Of a stretch of 64,000 nt of DNA, positions 35,187 through 43,561 are shown in pieces. This DNA is from Vicinamibacteria bacterium (GTDB lineage Bacteria > Acidobacteriota > Vicinamibacteria > Vicinamibacterales > JAENWD01): the NCBI GenBank assembly GCA_963832135.1, contig CAWHTD010000026.1, forward strand, positions 252,453 through 316,452. Direction: 5' to 3'. The notes beneath the pieces were generated by a model. It was not told where the DNA came from. It saw only the letters and a list, made by a program, of their open reading frames with translations, and did not search any database. Within the stretch, counting starts at the first letter, position 1; every line of letters starts with the position of its first letter. Both the position numbers and the translations under genes were made by a program.

Positions 35187-37961
35187 GTGACTGTTCCGTC
35201 GCGCCAGGCGGTCTGGGCATGCCTGGTCGCGGGCCCTGCGCTTTGGCTCTCGCGCGCGGTGTTCGATCGCGTCGGTCAGGGCGCTGGAACGCGGATCGCG
35301 TTCCTTCCGTCCTGGCCCGAGCTCGTGGGCCTGGTCGTGCTCGTCGCGCTCACGATGCTCATCGTGGAGGCGATCGCCGATCGTCTGGTCGGCCGCACGT
35401 CCGCGGCACGACGACTGCCGCCAGGCGTGTTCGCGCCGCTCTTCATCCTGCCATGTCTCGCGCTCCCCTATCTTCCGTGGCTTGCAGACGCAGTCCCCGC
35501 CGTCGACGCCCTCGCCGGACCCGGTCGCTGGTGGGTCTGGGCGGTCGCCTTCGGACAGATCGCGTGGCAGATGGTGATGCTCGTGGCGGAACGACGCGCC
35601 GAGCTGCCGCGCCGCGCGACGCGCGGCGCGCTGCTGGTCGCGCTGGCCAGTGCCGCGGTCTTTCTGGGAAGCGCATGGCGGCTCGTGCCGGGCCCCATCT
35701 ATCCGGGAGGCGATGAACCGCACTATCTGGTCGTCACGCAGAGTCTGTTGCTGGATCGCGATCTCGCGATCGAGAACAATCACGCGCGAGGCGACTATCG
35801 CGCCTACTATGCCGGTCCGCTGAAGCCCGATTACCGCGTCATGGGCCTCAACCGCACGATCTACTCGATTCATCCTGTCGGCATCTCGGCGATCATCGCG
35901 CCCGCCTTCGCGCTCGACGGCTATCGAGGCGCGCTCGTCTTCGTCGCGCTCGTGGCAGCCCTCTCGGTGACGCTCCTGTGGTCGTGGCTTCGGCAGCTCA
36001 CGGGCTCGGTGGGGGCCGCGACCGTTGGCTGGCTGGCGGTCGCCACGAGCGCGCCGTTCGTGCTGCACAGCTTCTCGATCTATCCGGAGTGCGCCGCCGC
36101 GCTGGCGGTGATGATCGCGGTGGGCTGGCGCTGGTCCGACGATTCGTCGATGTCGCTGGTCGTCCGCGGCGCCGCGTTGGGCGCGCTGCCCTGGTTGAGC
36201 ACGAAATACGCGCCGATGTCGGGCGTGCTGTTGCTGCTGATCGCCGCACGAACCTGGCGAACCCGAGCAACCCGGCACACCGGATCGACCCGATCGCACG
36301 CGGCCCTCGTGGGCCCGCTCGTGCTGATCGCGCCCTACGTGCTGTCCTCGGTGGCATGGCTGGCCTGGTTCTGGTGGATGTGGGGCACACCGTCGCCAAC
36401 GGCGCCGTATGGCGCCTCGCACCAGATGTCGCTCGAGAGCCTGAAGGCGGGACTCCCCGGCCTCTTCGCCGATCAGGAATACGGCGCCGTCGCCGCCGCA
36501 CCCGCGCTCGCGGTAGCCGTCATCGGCTGGTGGCGCCTCTTCCGTCGCGACGTCGAAGGCAAGTGGCTGGTGGCGCTTACCGCGCTGCCCCTGGCCGCCC
36601 TGGCGGTTGTCACCGGCGCCTTCGCGCTCTGGTGGGGCGGCAGCGCTCCCCCGGGACGCGAACTGGTGGCGGCGCTGCCACTGGTTGGCGTGCCCATCGG
36701 GTGGCTTTGGCAAGACACCGAGGATCGACCTGTCCAGCGCGCTGCCATCGAGACGCTCGTACTCGTGGGTATGGCCATGACCGCAACGTTCGTCCTGGCT
36801 CGCAACGGGCTGCTCATGGCCAATGGCCGCGACGGCGGCGCCGAACTGCTCGAATTTCTCGAGCCGCGCCGCGCGCTGACAGCCGTGATGCCGTCTTTCA
36901 TCGCCTTCCGCTCCGACGTGGGCATACCGCTCGCCGTCGTCGCGGTGTGGAGTGGAGTCGCCGCGGCTGCATGGTGGCTGTGCCGCCGCGTCGGGCACAC
37001 AACACCGGGAGGCGCCCGGCTCGCCGCCTCGGCGATCGGTCTCGGCGCAGTCGGTCTGGCCGCCATGTTGGTACCGGTGATCGTGGGATCGCCGTCGATA
37101 CCCTCGTTGCCGGTCGAAGCGCGCGTCGAGGCCCCGTCCTTGAGCGCTTACGATGCCACGGCGCGCCCGATGGCGATCGAGTTCAACCCCTGGCGTGTTA
37201 CGACACCCGGCGACGCGATCCGCACCGTCCGCTTCGATGCCACACCTGGCCTTCGTCGATCATCACAACCCGTACACGTGCTGCTCAACGCGCGGCTCGC
37301 GCTCCCGGCCGGGACGTATCGTGTCCGCGTCGATCCGATCGCCGGCGAGGCGCTGACCGGCGATGTCGCACTCCAGGTTGGACGCGCGGGACCGCCGTCG
37401 ACCGTCTGGCCGATTGACGTGCCGGCCGGCGGTTCGTGGACAGCGGTGTTCACCATCGATGTGGACGCCAACTTCGTCGGGTTCCGAACAACCGACAGCA
37501 TCGAGCGTCGCGTGGGACGCCTTGAAGTCACGCCCCTCGAGGTGGTCGGCGCGGGCGATCGCCTGCGCCGGCCAGCGGTGCTCGCGGCAGCGCGTTACGG
37601 ATCGGTGCCCGTCTATTTTCATGATGACCGCACATATCCGGAACAGGACGGTTTCTGGGTGCGCGGCCGTACGACCACGGAGTTGACCCTTGGGCTTGCG
37701 AGTGGCGCACGGCCGCCGGGTATTCGATTGCGGCTGCATGGCGGCGCCGGCAGCACGCCGGTCCACTTCGCCACGCCCGCCTGGTCCACACGCGTCGTCC
37801 TGGCCCCTGGCAAGACCGAAGATGTGTATGTGCCGGCACGCGAGGGACAGATGCTTCTCGCTCTAACTGTGACGCCTGAATCTGGATTTGTCCCTGCGGA
37901 GCACGGTGGAGCGCGGAATGATCGTCGGCTGCTCGGCTGCTGGATAACCGTCGTTCCCTGA
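35187..37961 (+). CDS. Large polytopic membrane protein with C-terminal extracytoplasmic domain (GT-C-like glycosyltransferase candidate)
   Basis: 924 aa, GTG start. More than 12 predicted TM segments with a loop motif PGGDEPHYL, then a soluble beta-rich C-terminal region. The family assignment is tentative. Confidence 0.55.
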   Translation: MTVPSRQAVWACLVAGPALWLSRAVFDRVGQGAGTRIAFLPSWPELVGLVVLVALTMLIVEAIADRLVGRTSAARRLPPGVFAPLFILPCLALPYLPWLADAVPAVDALAGPGRWWVWAVAFGQIAWQMVMLVAERRAELPRRATRGALLVALASAAVFLGSAWRLVPGPIYPGGDEPHYLVVTQSLLLDRDLAIENNHARGDYRAYYAGPLKPDYRVMGLNRTIYSIHPVGISAIIAPAFALDGYRGALVFVALVAALSVTLLWSWLRQLTGSVGAATVGWLAVATSAPFVLHSFSIYPECAAALAVMIAVGWRWSDDSSMSLVVRGAALGALPWLSTKYAPMSGVLLLLIAARTWRTRATRHTGSTRSHAALVGPLVLIAPYVLSSVAWLAWFWWMWGTPSPTAPYGASHQMSLESLKAGLPGLFADQEYGAVAAAPALAVAVIGWWRLFRRDVEGKWLVALTALPLAALAVVTGAFALWWGGSAPPGRELVAALPLVGVPIGWLWQDTEDRPVQRAAIETLVLVGMAMTATFVLARNGLLMANGRDGGAELLEFLEPRRALTAVMPSFIAFRSDVGIPLAVVAVWSGVAAAAWWLCRRVGHTTPGGARLAASAIGLGAVGLAAMLVPVIVGSPSIPSLPVEARVEAPSLSAYDATARPMAIEFNPWRVTTPGDAIRTVRFDATPGLRRSSQPVHVLLNARLALPAGTYRVRVDPIAGEALTGDVALQVGRAGPPSTVWPIDVPAGGSWTAVFTIDVDANFVGFRTTDSIERRVGRLEVTPLEVVGAGDRLRRPAVLAAARYGSVPVYFHDDRTYPEQDGFWVRGRTTTELTLGLASGARPPGIRLRLHGGAGSTPVHFATPAWSTRVVLAPGKTEDVYVPAREGQMLLALTVTPESGFVPAEHGGARNDRRLLGCWITVVP

Positions 37962-37971
37962 GGCGAGCACG

Positions 37972-38472
37972 ATGCGATTCGTCGATATCCTCCTGGTCGA
38001 GTTCGACCGCGAGGCGGGACTCACACGACGCCTGCTCGAGCGGACGCCGGCCGATCACCTCGACTGGCAGCCACATCCTCGGTCGCGGACGCTTGGTCAG
38101 CTGATCACCCATCTGGCGGAGCTCCCTCGATGGGCCGGCGCGCTCGCGGCGGGTGCAGACTTCGATTTGGATCGGATGCCGGCCGCGCCCGAGATCAGCG
38201 CAACCATCGTCGGGACGCTCGGCGCCTTCGATGCCAATATCCGCGAGGCGCGCCTCGCCGTCGCATCACGCACCGACGCCGAACTGCTCGCGCCGTGGAC
38301 GCTGCGGCGCGGCGGCGAGGAAGTCTTCACGGTGCCGCGCCTCATCGCGATGCGAACCGTGCTGCTCCAGCACGCCACGCACCACCGGGGTCAATTGTCG
38401 GTTTACCTGCGGATGCTCGAGGTCCCTCTCCCACCCCTGTACGGGCCAACTGCGGACGAAGGCCGTTGGTAG
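37972..38472 (+). CDS. DinB-superfamily protein
   Basis: ..LITHLAE.......HHRGQLSVYLR.. pattern. Confidence 0.8.
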   Translation: MRFVDILLVEFDREAGLTRRLLERTPADHLDWQPHPRSRTLGQLITHLAELPRWAGALAAGADFDLDRMPAAPEISATIVGTLGAFDANIREARLAVASRTDAELLAPWTLRRGGEEVFTVPRLIAMRTVLLQHATHHRGQLSVYLRMLEVPLPPLYGPTADEGRW

Positions 38473-38503
38473 TCGGTCGTTTTTCAGGCGATTCTCGCCG
38501 CCC

Positions 38504-38533
38504 TTGACAGTCGAGCTTTCATTATGATATCAT
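38504..38533 (+). promoter_or_regulatory. Sigma70-type promoter candidate for the SPFH operon, with GATATC-N5-GATATC direct palindromes
   Basis: TTGACA (38504-38509), 18-nt spacer ending in TGA, then TATCAT (38528-38533). GATATCatttaGATATC spans the -10 region and TSS. AAGGAG RBS precedes ATG 38559. Confidence 0.55.
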
Positions 38534-38558
38534 TTAGATATCTACAAGGAGCGCGTCA

Positions 38559-39428
38559 ATGATTCGAGAGCGCGAATACGGCGCCGTGTCCGGATGGAGC
38601 GCGTTTCCAGTGCTGGTGGTGGCGGCTGCCTTTTTCATCTGGCAGCTGATCATTCGCATTCAGGCCGATCAATCGGTTCTGGTCGCCCTGAGCATCGTTG
38701 GTCTCTTCCTCTCGTGCTTCGCGATGCTGGGGCTGTTCATTGTCAATCCAAACGAAGGCAAAGTCCTGCAGCTGTTTGGAAGATATGTGGGCACGGTCAA
38801 GGCGCCCGGTCTGCGCTTCGCGAATCCGCTCTATGCCAAGAAGAAGGTCTCCCTTCGCGTCCGAAATTTCGAGAGCGCGAAGTTGAAAGTCAACGACCTC
38901 GATGGTAACCCCATAGAGATCGCAGCCGTGGTCGTGTGGAAGGTCGTGGACACCGCGGAGGCCGTCTTCGAGGTGGACAACTTCGAAAACTACATTCACG
39001 TGCAGAGCGAGGCGGCCATTCGCAACATGGCGACCAGCTATCCCTACGACGCGCACGAGGAGACGCACATGTCGCTGCGGGGGAATACGGCCGCGATTGC
39101 GGATCATTTGCGTACGGAGATTCAGGACCGCCTTTCCCGCGCGGGCGTCGAGGTCGTGGAGGCGCGCATCAGCCATCTGGCGTACGCGCCGGAAATCGCC
39201 GCGGCCATGCTGCAGCGCCAGCAGGCAGGTGCCATCATCGCCGCGCGCTCGCGCATCGTCGAGGGCGCGGTCGGGATGGTCGAAATGGCCCTCGACATGC
39301 TCTCCGCGAAAAACGTGGTGAACCTGGACGAGGAGCGCAAGGCCGCGATGGTCAGCAATCTCCTGGTGGTGCTCTGCGGCGATCGCAACACACAGCCGAT
39401 CGTCAACGCCGGCACGCTCCATCACTGA
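38559..39428 (+). CDS. SPFH/band-7 domain membrane protein
   Basis: Two N-terminal TM segments, then ..[18 protein letters not shown]...PGL.F.NP.. SPFH core. Confidence 0.85.
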   Translation: MIREREYGAVSGWSAFPVLVVAAAFFIWQLIIRIQADQSVLVALSIVGLFLSCFAMLGLFIVNPNEGKVLQLFGRYVGTVKAPGLRFANPLYAKKKVSLRVRNFESAKLKVNDLDGNPIEIAAVVVWKVVDTAEAVFEVDNFENYIHVQSEAAIRNMATSYPYDAHEETHMSLRGNTAAIADHLRTEIQDRLSRAGVEVVEARISHLAYAPEIAAAMLQRQQAGAIIAARSRIVEGAVGMVEMALDMLSAKNVVNLDEERKAAMVSNLLVVLCGDRNTQPIVNAGTLHH

Positions 39429-39436
39429 GGATTTTG

Positions 39437-39628
39437 GTGGCCGAGCGCAAAGCATTTCTCCTCCGCATCGACCCGGCGGTGCTAGAGGCCCTCCAGCACT
39501 GGGCCGACGATGAGCTGCGGAGCCTGAACGGGCAGATTGAGTTCGTGCTCAGGCGGATGCTGCAGGCCGAGGGGCGGCTGGCGGAGAAGAGAACGCCGCC
39601 AGCCGTTACGAAGGATCAGCCGCCATGA
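39437..39628 (+). CDS. Arc/MetJ-type ribbon-helix-helix DNA-binding protein
   Basis: ..KAFLLRIDPAVLEALQHWADDELRSLNGQIEFVLRRML.. Its stop overlaps the next start (ATGA). The start is GTG 39437 or TTG 39434. Confidence 0.6.
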   Translation: MAERKAFLLRIDPAVLEALQHWADDELRSLNGQIEFVLRRMLQAEGRLAEKRTPPAVTKDQPP

Positions 39629-40680
39629 AAGCGGTGGACGGCCCTCGTCGCATGGCGGGCCGAAGCTCGGGCAGGACATCCGATACTCTGTATGGGATGT
39701 TCGACGACTTCGTGCCGCACGAACGGCTGAAGAACGCCCATGCGATGACGCTGTGGGCATGGGCCCGCCCGCGGACGTTCCCGGCGCTACCCCCGTCTGA
39801 AAGTCGCGTGTTCGAGGTCGCCTCCGATTCGCGGGTACTCGGCCACTGCAATTGGCAACGTAACAAGACGGCCGCCACCACCATCCTCATACTGCACGGC
39901 CTCGAGGGATCGAGCGAGGCGCACTACATGCGCGGGCTCGCAGACAAGGCATGGGCGCGCGGATTCAACGTTGTGCGCCTGAATCAGCGCAACTGCGGGG
40001 GCACCGAGCATCTCTCGGTGACGCTCTACCATTCTGGCCTCTCGGAGGACGTGGACGTCGTCATGCGGGCGCTCGTCTTGGAGGGCCTCTCTTCGTTTGT
40101 CGTCGCGGGCTATTCGCTCGGCGGTAACCTGGCGTTGAAGCTGGCCGGCGACTACGGCAGCGCCGCTCCGAGCTGGCTCGGTGCCGTGGCGGCGGTGTCG
40201 CCCGTCATGGATCTTCCCCGATGCGTCGCCGCGCTGGAACGCGGGTCCAACGCTGTCTACCAGTGGAACTTCGTCCGCAACCTGAAGGCGCGCTTGCGGC
40301 GCAAGGCGGCGGCCTTCCCCGATCGCTTCTCGACCGAGCAACTGGCTCGCATCCGCACGGTGCGGGATTTCGATGAAGCCTACACGGCGCCCTTCTTCGG
40401 GTTCCGGGACGCGACCGACTACTACTACCGGGCGGCGTCGCTTCGCGTGGTGGATCGCATCGCGATACCGGCCCTGATCGTCACCTCGGCAGACGATCCG
40501 TTCGTACCGTCTGCATCGTTCGCCGATCCTGCGCTCGCGCGCAACCCCTCGATCACGGTGCGCGTCACGGCGCATGGAGGGCACTGCGCGTTCGTGGGCG
40601 CGCGTAGTGGCGTTCACGACGGGTACTGGGCCGAGTGGGCGGTGACGGAGTTCCTGTCGCAACACGCGCGGAGAGCATGA
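39625..40680 (+). CDS. Alpha/beta hydrolase (YheT-type)
   Basis: ..ILHGLEGSS...Y......A...G......N.R.CGG.., nucleophile elbow GYSLGGN, and C-terminal ..HGGHC.F.. Confidence 0.8.
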   Translation: MKAVDGPRRMAGRSSGRTSDTLYGMFDDFVPHERLKNAHAMTLWAWARPRTFPALPPSESRVFEVASDSRVLGHCNWQRNKTAATTILILHGLEGSSEAHYMRGLADKAWARGFNVVRLNQRNCGGTEHLSVTLYHSGLSEDVDVVMRALVLEGLSSFVVAGYSLGGNLALKLAGDYGSAAPSWLGAVAAVSPVMDLPRCVAALERGSNAVYQWNFVRNLKARLRRKAAAFPDRFSTEQLARIRTVRDFDEAYTAPFFGFRDATDYYYRAASLRVVDRIAIPALIVTSADDPFVPSASFADPALARNPSITVRVTAHGGHCAFVGARSGVHDGYWAEWAVTEFLSQHARRA

Positions 40681-41144
40681 TGCCGGGTCTCGCCACTCTA
40701 CGTTTCGGATTTGTCTCGTTCGTGATGCTCTTGCTTGCCAGCGACACGCTGCAGGCACAGCCGGGAGCGTCGCCTGAGCTGCCTGGCATCGCGCTGCCGC
40801 CTCCGCTCGCACGTGTCTTGACCGATTACGAGAAGGCCTGGCAACAGAAGGACGCGGCGGGCCTGGCGGCGCTCTTCGCGGGCGATGGGTTCGTCCTATC
40901 GACGGGCACCCCTCCAGTGCGCGGTCGTCGGGCGATCGAGAAGCACTACGCGGGCGCCGGTGGGCCGCTGTCGCTCCGAGCGTTCGCCTTCGCCACTGAC
41001 GGCCAGATCGGGTACATCATCGGCGGCTTCGCTCGAGCCAAGGGCGAACCCGACATCGGCAAGTTCACGCTCACCCTCCGCAAGGGCGTCGACGGCCGGT
41101 GGCTCATCATGTCCGACATGGATAACGGGAATACGAGACGTTAA
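40677..41144 (+). CDS. Secreted SnoaL-like/DUF4440 protein
   Basis: The ATG overlaps the upstream stop (ATGA). Signal peptide; ..YEKAWQQKDAAGLAALFA.DG..; C-terminal ..GRWLIMSDM. Confidence 0.65.
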   Translation: MMPGLATLRFGFVSFVMLLLASDTLQAQPGASPELPGIALPPPLARVLTDYEKAWQQKDAAGLAALFAGDGFVLSTGTPPVRGRRAIEKHYAGAGGPLSLRAFAFATDGQIGYIIGGFARAKGEPDIGKFTLTLRKGVDGRWLIMSDMDNGNTRR

Positions 41145-41152
41145 GGAATTGC

Positions 41153-41213
41153 GCCCAAGCTGAAGCTTGGGCCTACGAGTGTCGCGTACGGAGGCCCGAG
41201 CTTCAGCTCGGGC
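41153..41213. repeat. REP/REPIN-like hairpin doublet (C-type, heads-in)
   Basis: GCCCAAGC-TGAA-GCTTGGGC (41153-41172) + CTAC.. and ..GGAG + GCCCGAGC-TTCA-GCTCGGGC (41194-41213). Both stems are perfect 8-bp. Confidence 0.8.
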
Positions 41214-41225
41214 ATCACCAGACGA

Positions 41226-41939
41226 TCATTCCCCCGTCGGCAGATCGAGTCGTTGCATCAGGCGCTTCGCGAAGTCCGGACCTTTCCCTTCCTCTTCGTG
41301 CTTGAAATAGATGAAGGTCTCGCCCCACCGGTCCTGGTGCGCGCGCACATCGTCGGCCCAGCGATCCAGATCTGCGTCCGTGTAGCCCTCGTCCCGCAGA
41401 CGGAAATAGCCGTACGTCGCGGTTGCGACCAAAGGCGTGGAACGCTCGGAGCTGTCCGCGATGCAAAGTGCGAGGTTTCGAGCGCGCAAGCGCTCATAAA
41501 TGCCCTCGTCGAACCACGACGGATGCCGGAACTCGAATGCGGCCGGTGCCCCCTTCGGCAAATCGCTCAAAAACGCGTCGAACAGCGCGTGGTCGACTTT
41601 GAAGCTGGGCCCAAGCTGAAAGAGCAGCACTCCAAGCTTTTCGCCAAGCGTGCCTGCGGCCTGACAGAACGCGCGCAGCAGGTCGCCGCAGTCGCGCAGC
41701 CTCCGGTCGTGCGTGATGCGCTTCGGGGCCTTCAATGTCAGTTTGTACGGTGACGGCGTTCCTGCCGCCCACCCCTGCACGAGCTTCTCGGTGGGCATCC
41801 GGTAGAACGTGTAGTTGATTTCGACCGTGGGGAATCGCGCGGAGTAGTACGCCAGCATCTTCGATGCGGGGAGGCCCGCCGGATAGAAGGTGCCCTTCCA
41901 CTCCGGATAGTTGTAACCGGACGTGCCGACCCAAATCAT
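41226..41939 (-). CDS. DUF72 (YecE-like) family protein
   Basis: MIWVGTSGY.Y..W.G.FYP......ML.YY...F..VE.N.TFY..P. Confidence 0.85.
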   Translation of the reverse strand: MIWVGTSGYNYPEWKGTFYPAGLPASKMLAYYSARFPTVEINYTFYRMPTEKLVQGWAAGTPSPYKLTLKAPKRITHDRRLRDCGDLLRAFCQAAGTLGEKLGVLLFQLGPSFKVDHALFDAFLSDLPKGAPAAFEFRHPSWFDEGIYERLRARNLALCIADSSERSTPLVATATYGYFRLRDEGYTDADLDRWADDVRAHQDRWGETFIYFKHEEEGKGPDFAKRLMQRLDLPTGE

Positions 41940-41940
41940 C

Positions 41941-42100
41941 GAAGTGCAAAGTGCGAAGTGCCAAGTGAAGTGAGAAGTGTCAAGCGAAGTGAGAAGTGGT
42001 TAGTGGCAAGCGCTTGTCAATTGCGTCGATCCGGCGATACGCCCACCACTTTCCAGTTTGCACTTTTCATTCCACTTAGCACTTCCCACTTGGCACTTCT
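41941..42100. repeat. Large imperfect inverted repeat built from AAGTG/CACTT words
   Basis: Left arm 41941-42010 carries about 9 AAGTG words. Right arm 42044-42100 carries about 6 CACTT words. There is a 13-nt perfect long-range complement: GAAGTGCCAAGTG (41955-41967) with CACTTGGCACTTC (42087-42099). Confidence 0.8.
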
Positions 42101-42101
42101 G

Positions 42102-42434
42102 TCACCATCGCGGCTCGCGGCGTCCGTCCGCCTCGTGGCCGCGACCGGCCGCGCCGCCGCGCGAGAACGACGCCCCACCACCCTCCGGCTTGGGACGCGC
42201 CTCGTTGACAACGAGCGGCCGCCCCTCGAGCGGATGTCCGTGGAGCTGGGTGATCGCTTTCTGTGCGGCCTCGTCGCTGGCCATCTCGACAAACGCGAAG
42301 CCGCGCGCGCGTCCGGTGGCCATGTCACGCATCACGCGCACGCTATCGACTGCACCGGCCTGGCTGAACAGCGTATTCAAGTCCTCGTCGGTGGTCTTGT
42401 ACGGGAGATTCCCGACATACAATCTCCGGCCCAT
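42102..42434 (-). CDS. RRM-type RNA-binding protein with Gly/Arg-rich tail
   Basis: RLYVGNLPY (RNP2) and RGFAFVEM (RNP1). Confidence 0.9.
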   Translation of the reverse strand: MGRRLYVGNLPYKTTDEDLNTLFSQAGAVDSVRVMRDMATGRARGFAFVEMASDEAAQKAITQLHGHPLEGRPLVVNEARPKPEGGGASFSRGGAAGRGHEADGRREPRW

Positions 42435-42598
42435 CGTACCGCTCCTTCACGTCACCTGGGGGCGCGCGCTCGCGATGAGCGGCAGGGACATTCGCGCCGA
42501 AACGCCCTGCAGGACGTCCAAGCCCGGACCGCGTGTGCGAATGCGATGATCTCGTACAGCAGGCGGCAGGGCGGGCTCGTTCGTCAAAAACGTGCGCA

Positions 42599-42625
42599 AG
42601 TATACAGCACCTCGGCTTTTGTCAA
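42599..42625 (-). promoter_or_regulatory. Possible sigma70-type promoter for the RRM gene (long 5' UTR)
   Basis: The minus strand reads TTGACA (42625-42620), 15-16 nt spacer, TATACT (42604-42599). This implies a leader of about 160 nt. Confidence 0.3.
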
Positions 42626-42706
42626 GGCCCATTTATTGCCAACGTTTTCGGGGCCGCAACGGCGTCCTCTTTTCCGCTTTCCTTCCGCGTGGCCGACGCG
42701 ATTAGC

Positions 42707-43561
42707 ATGAGGCTCATGCGTTCGCACCGAGCGTGCTCGGTCCTCATCGTGCTCCTGGCCGCCTGCCGGGCGACGCCGCCGCCGAAGGAGTATCGCGTCG
42801 AGGGCCAACTCCTTCGCATCGACAACGTCCAACACCAGGTCACGGTCGCGCACAAGGACATCATCGGCTTCATGCCGGCGATGACGATGACATTCCGGGT
42901 GAAGGAGGCGGCCCTGCTTCATGGCCGCAAGGCGGGCGAGCTCGTCGACGCCACGCTCAGCGTGCAAGGGACCGATGTGTGGATTTCCCGGCTGGCCGCG
43001 ACGGGCGTCGCGCCGCTGCCGGCTGCGGCCGACGCGCCTGTGCGGGGCCTGGCGCCTGGCGATCGCGTGCCCGACGCCACGTTCACCGATCAGGACGGTC
43101 GCGCGCTACGCATTCGCGCGCTCGAGGGCCGACCGGCCGTGATCAGCTTTGTGTATACGCGGTGCCCGCTGCCGGATTTCTGCCCGGCGGTCGAGAGCCG
43201 ACTGGCGGGCATCCAGCAGCACGTGCGTACCGATCCTCGTCTGCATGGGACCCAGATCGTCGCGATCACGATCGATCCCGACTACGACACGCCGGCAATT
43301 CTCAAAGCGCACGCGATCGCGCGTGGGGCCGATCCCGCCATCTGGCGCTTCGTGACCGGACCGCGCAACGACGTCGATACGTTCGGACGGCAATTCGGGT
43401 TGTCTGTCATCCGGGCATCGGGCCAACCGGCCGACATCGAGCACAACCTTCGCACAATCGTGGTCGACCGGAGCGGTCGCATCGTGCACGTGGAGACGGG
43501 TGCCCAGTGGAGCGTCGACGATCTTTCCTCGGCGCTCGGGCGCGCGGCAGCTGGATCATGA
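42707..43561 (+). CDS. SCO1/SenC-family copper chaperone/thioredoxin-fold protein with Met-rich N-terminal domain
   Basis: Lipoprotein-like signal (LLAAC); ..HKDIIGFMPAMTMTF..; SCO motif FVYTRCPLPDFCP. Confidence 0.8.
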   Translation: MRLMRSHRACSVLIVLLAACRATPPPKEYRVEGQLLRIDNVQHQVTVAHKDIIGFMPAMTMTFRVKEAALLHGRKAGELVDATLSVQGTDVWISRLAATGVAPLPAAADAPVRGLAPGDRVPDATFTDQDGRALRIRALEGRPAVISFVYTRCPLPDFCPAVESRLAGIQQHVRTDPRLHGTQIVAITIDPDYDTPAILKAHAIARGADPAIWRFVTGPRNDVDTFGRQFGLSVIRASGQPADIEHNLRTIVVDRSGRIVHVETGAQWSVDDLSSALGRAAAGS

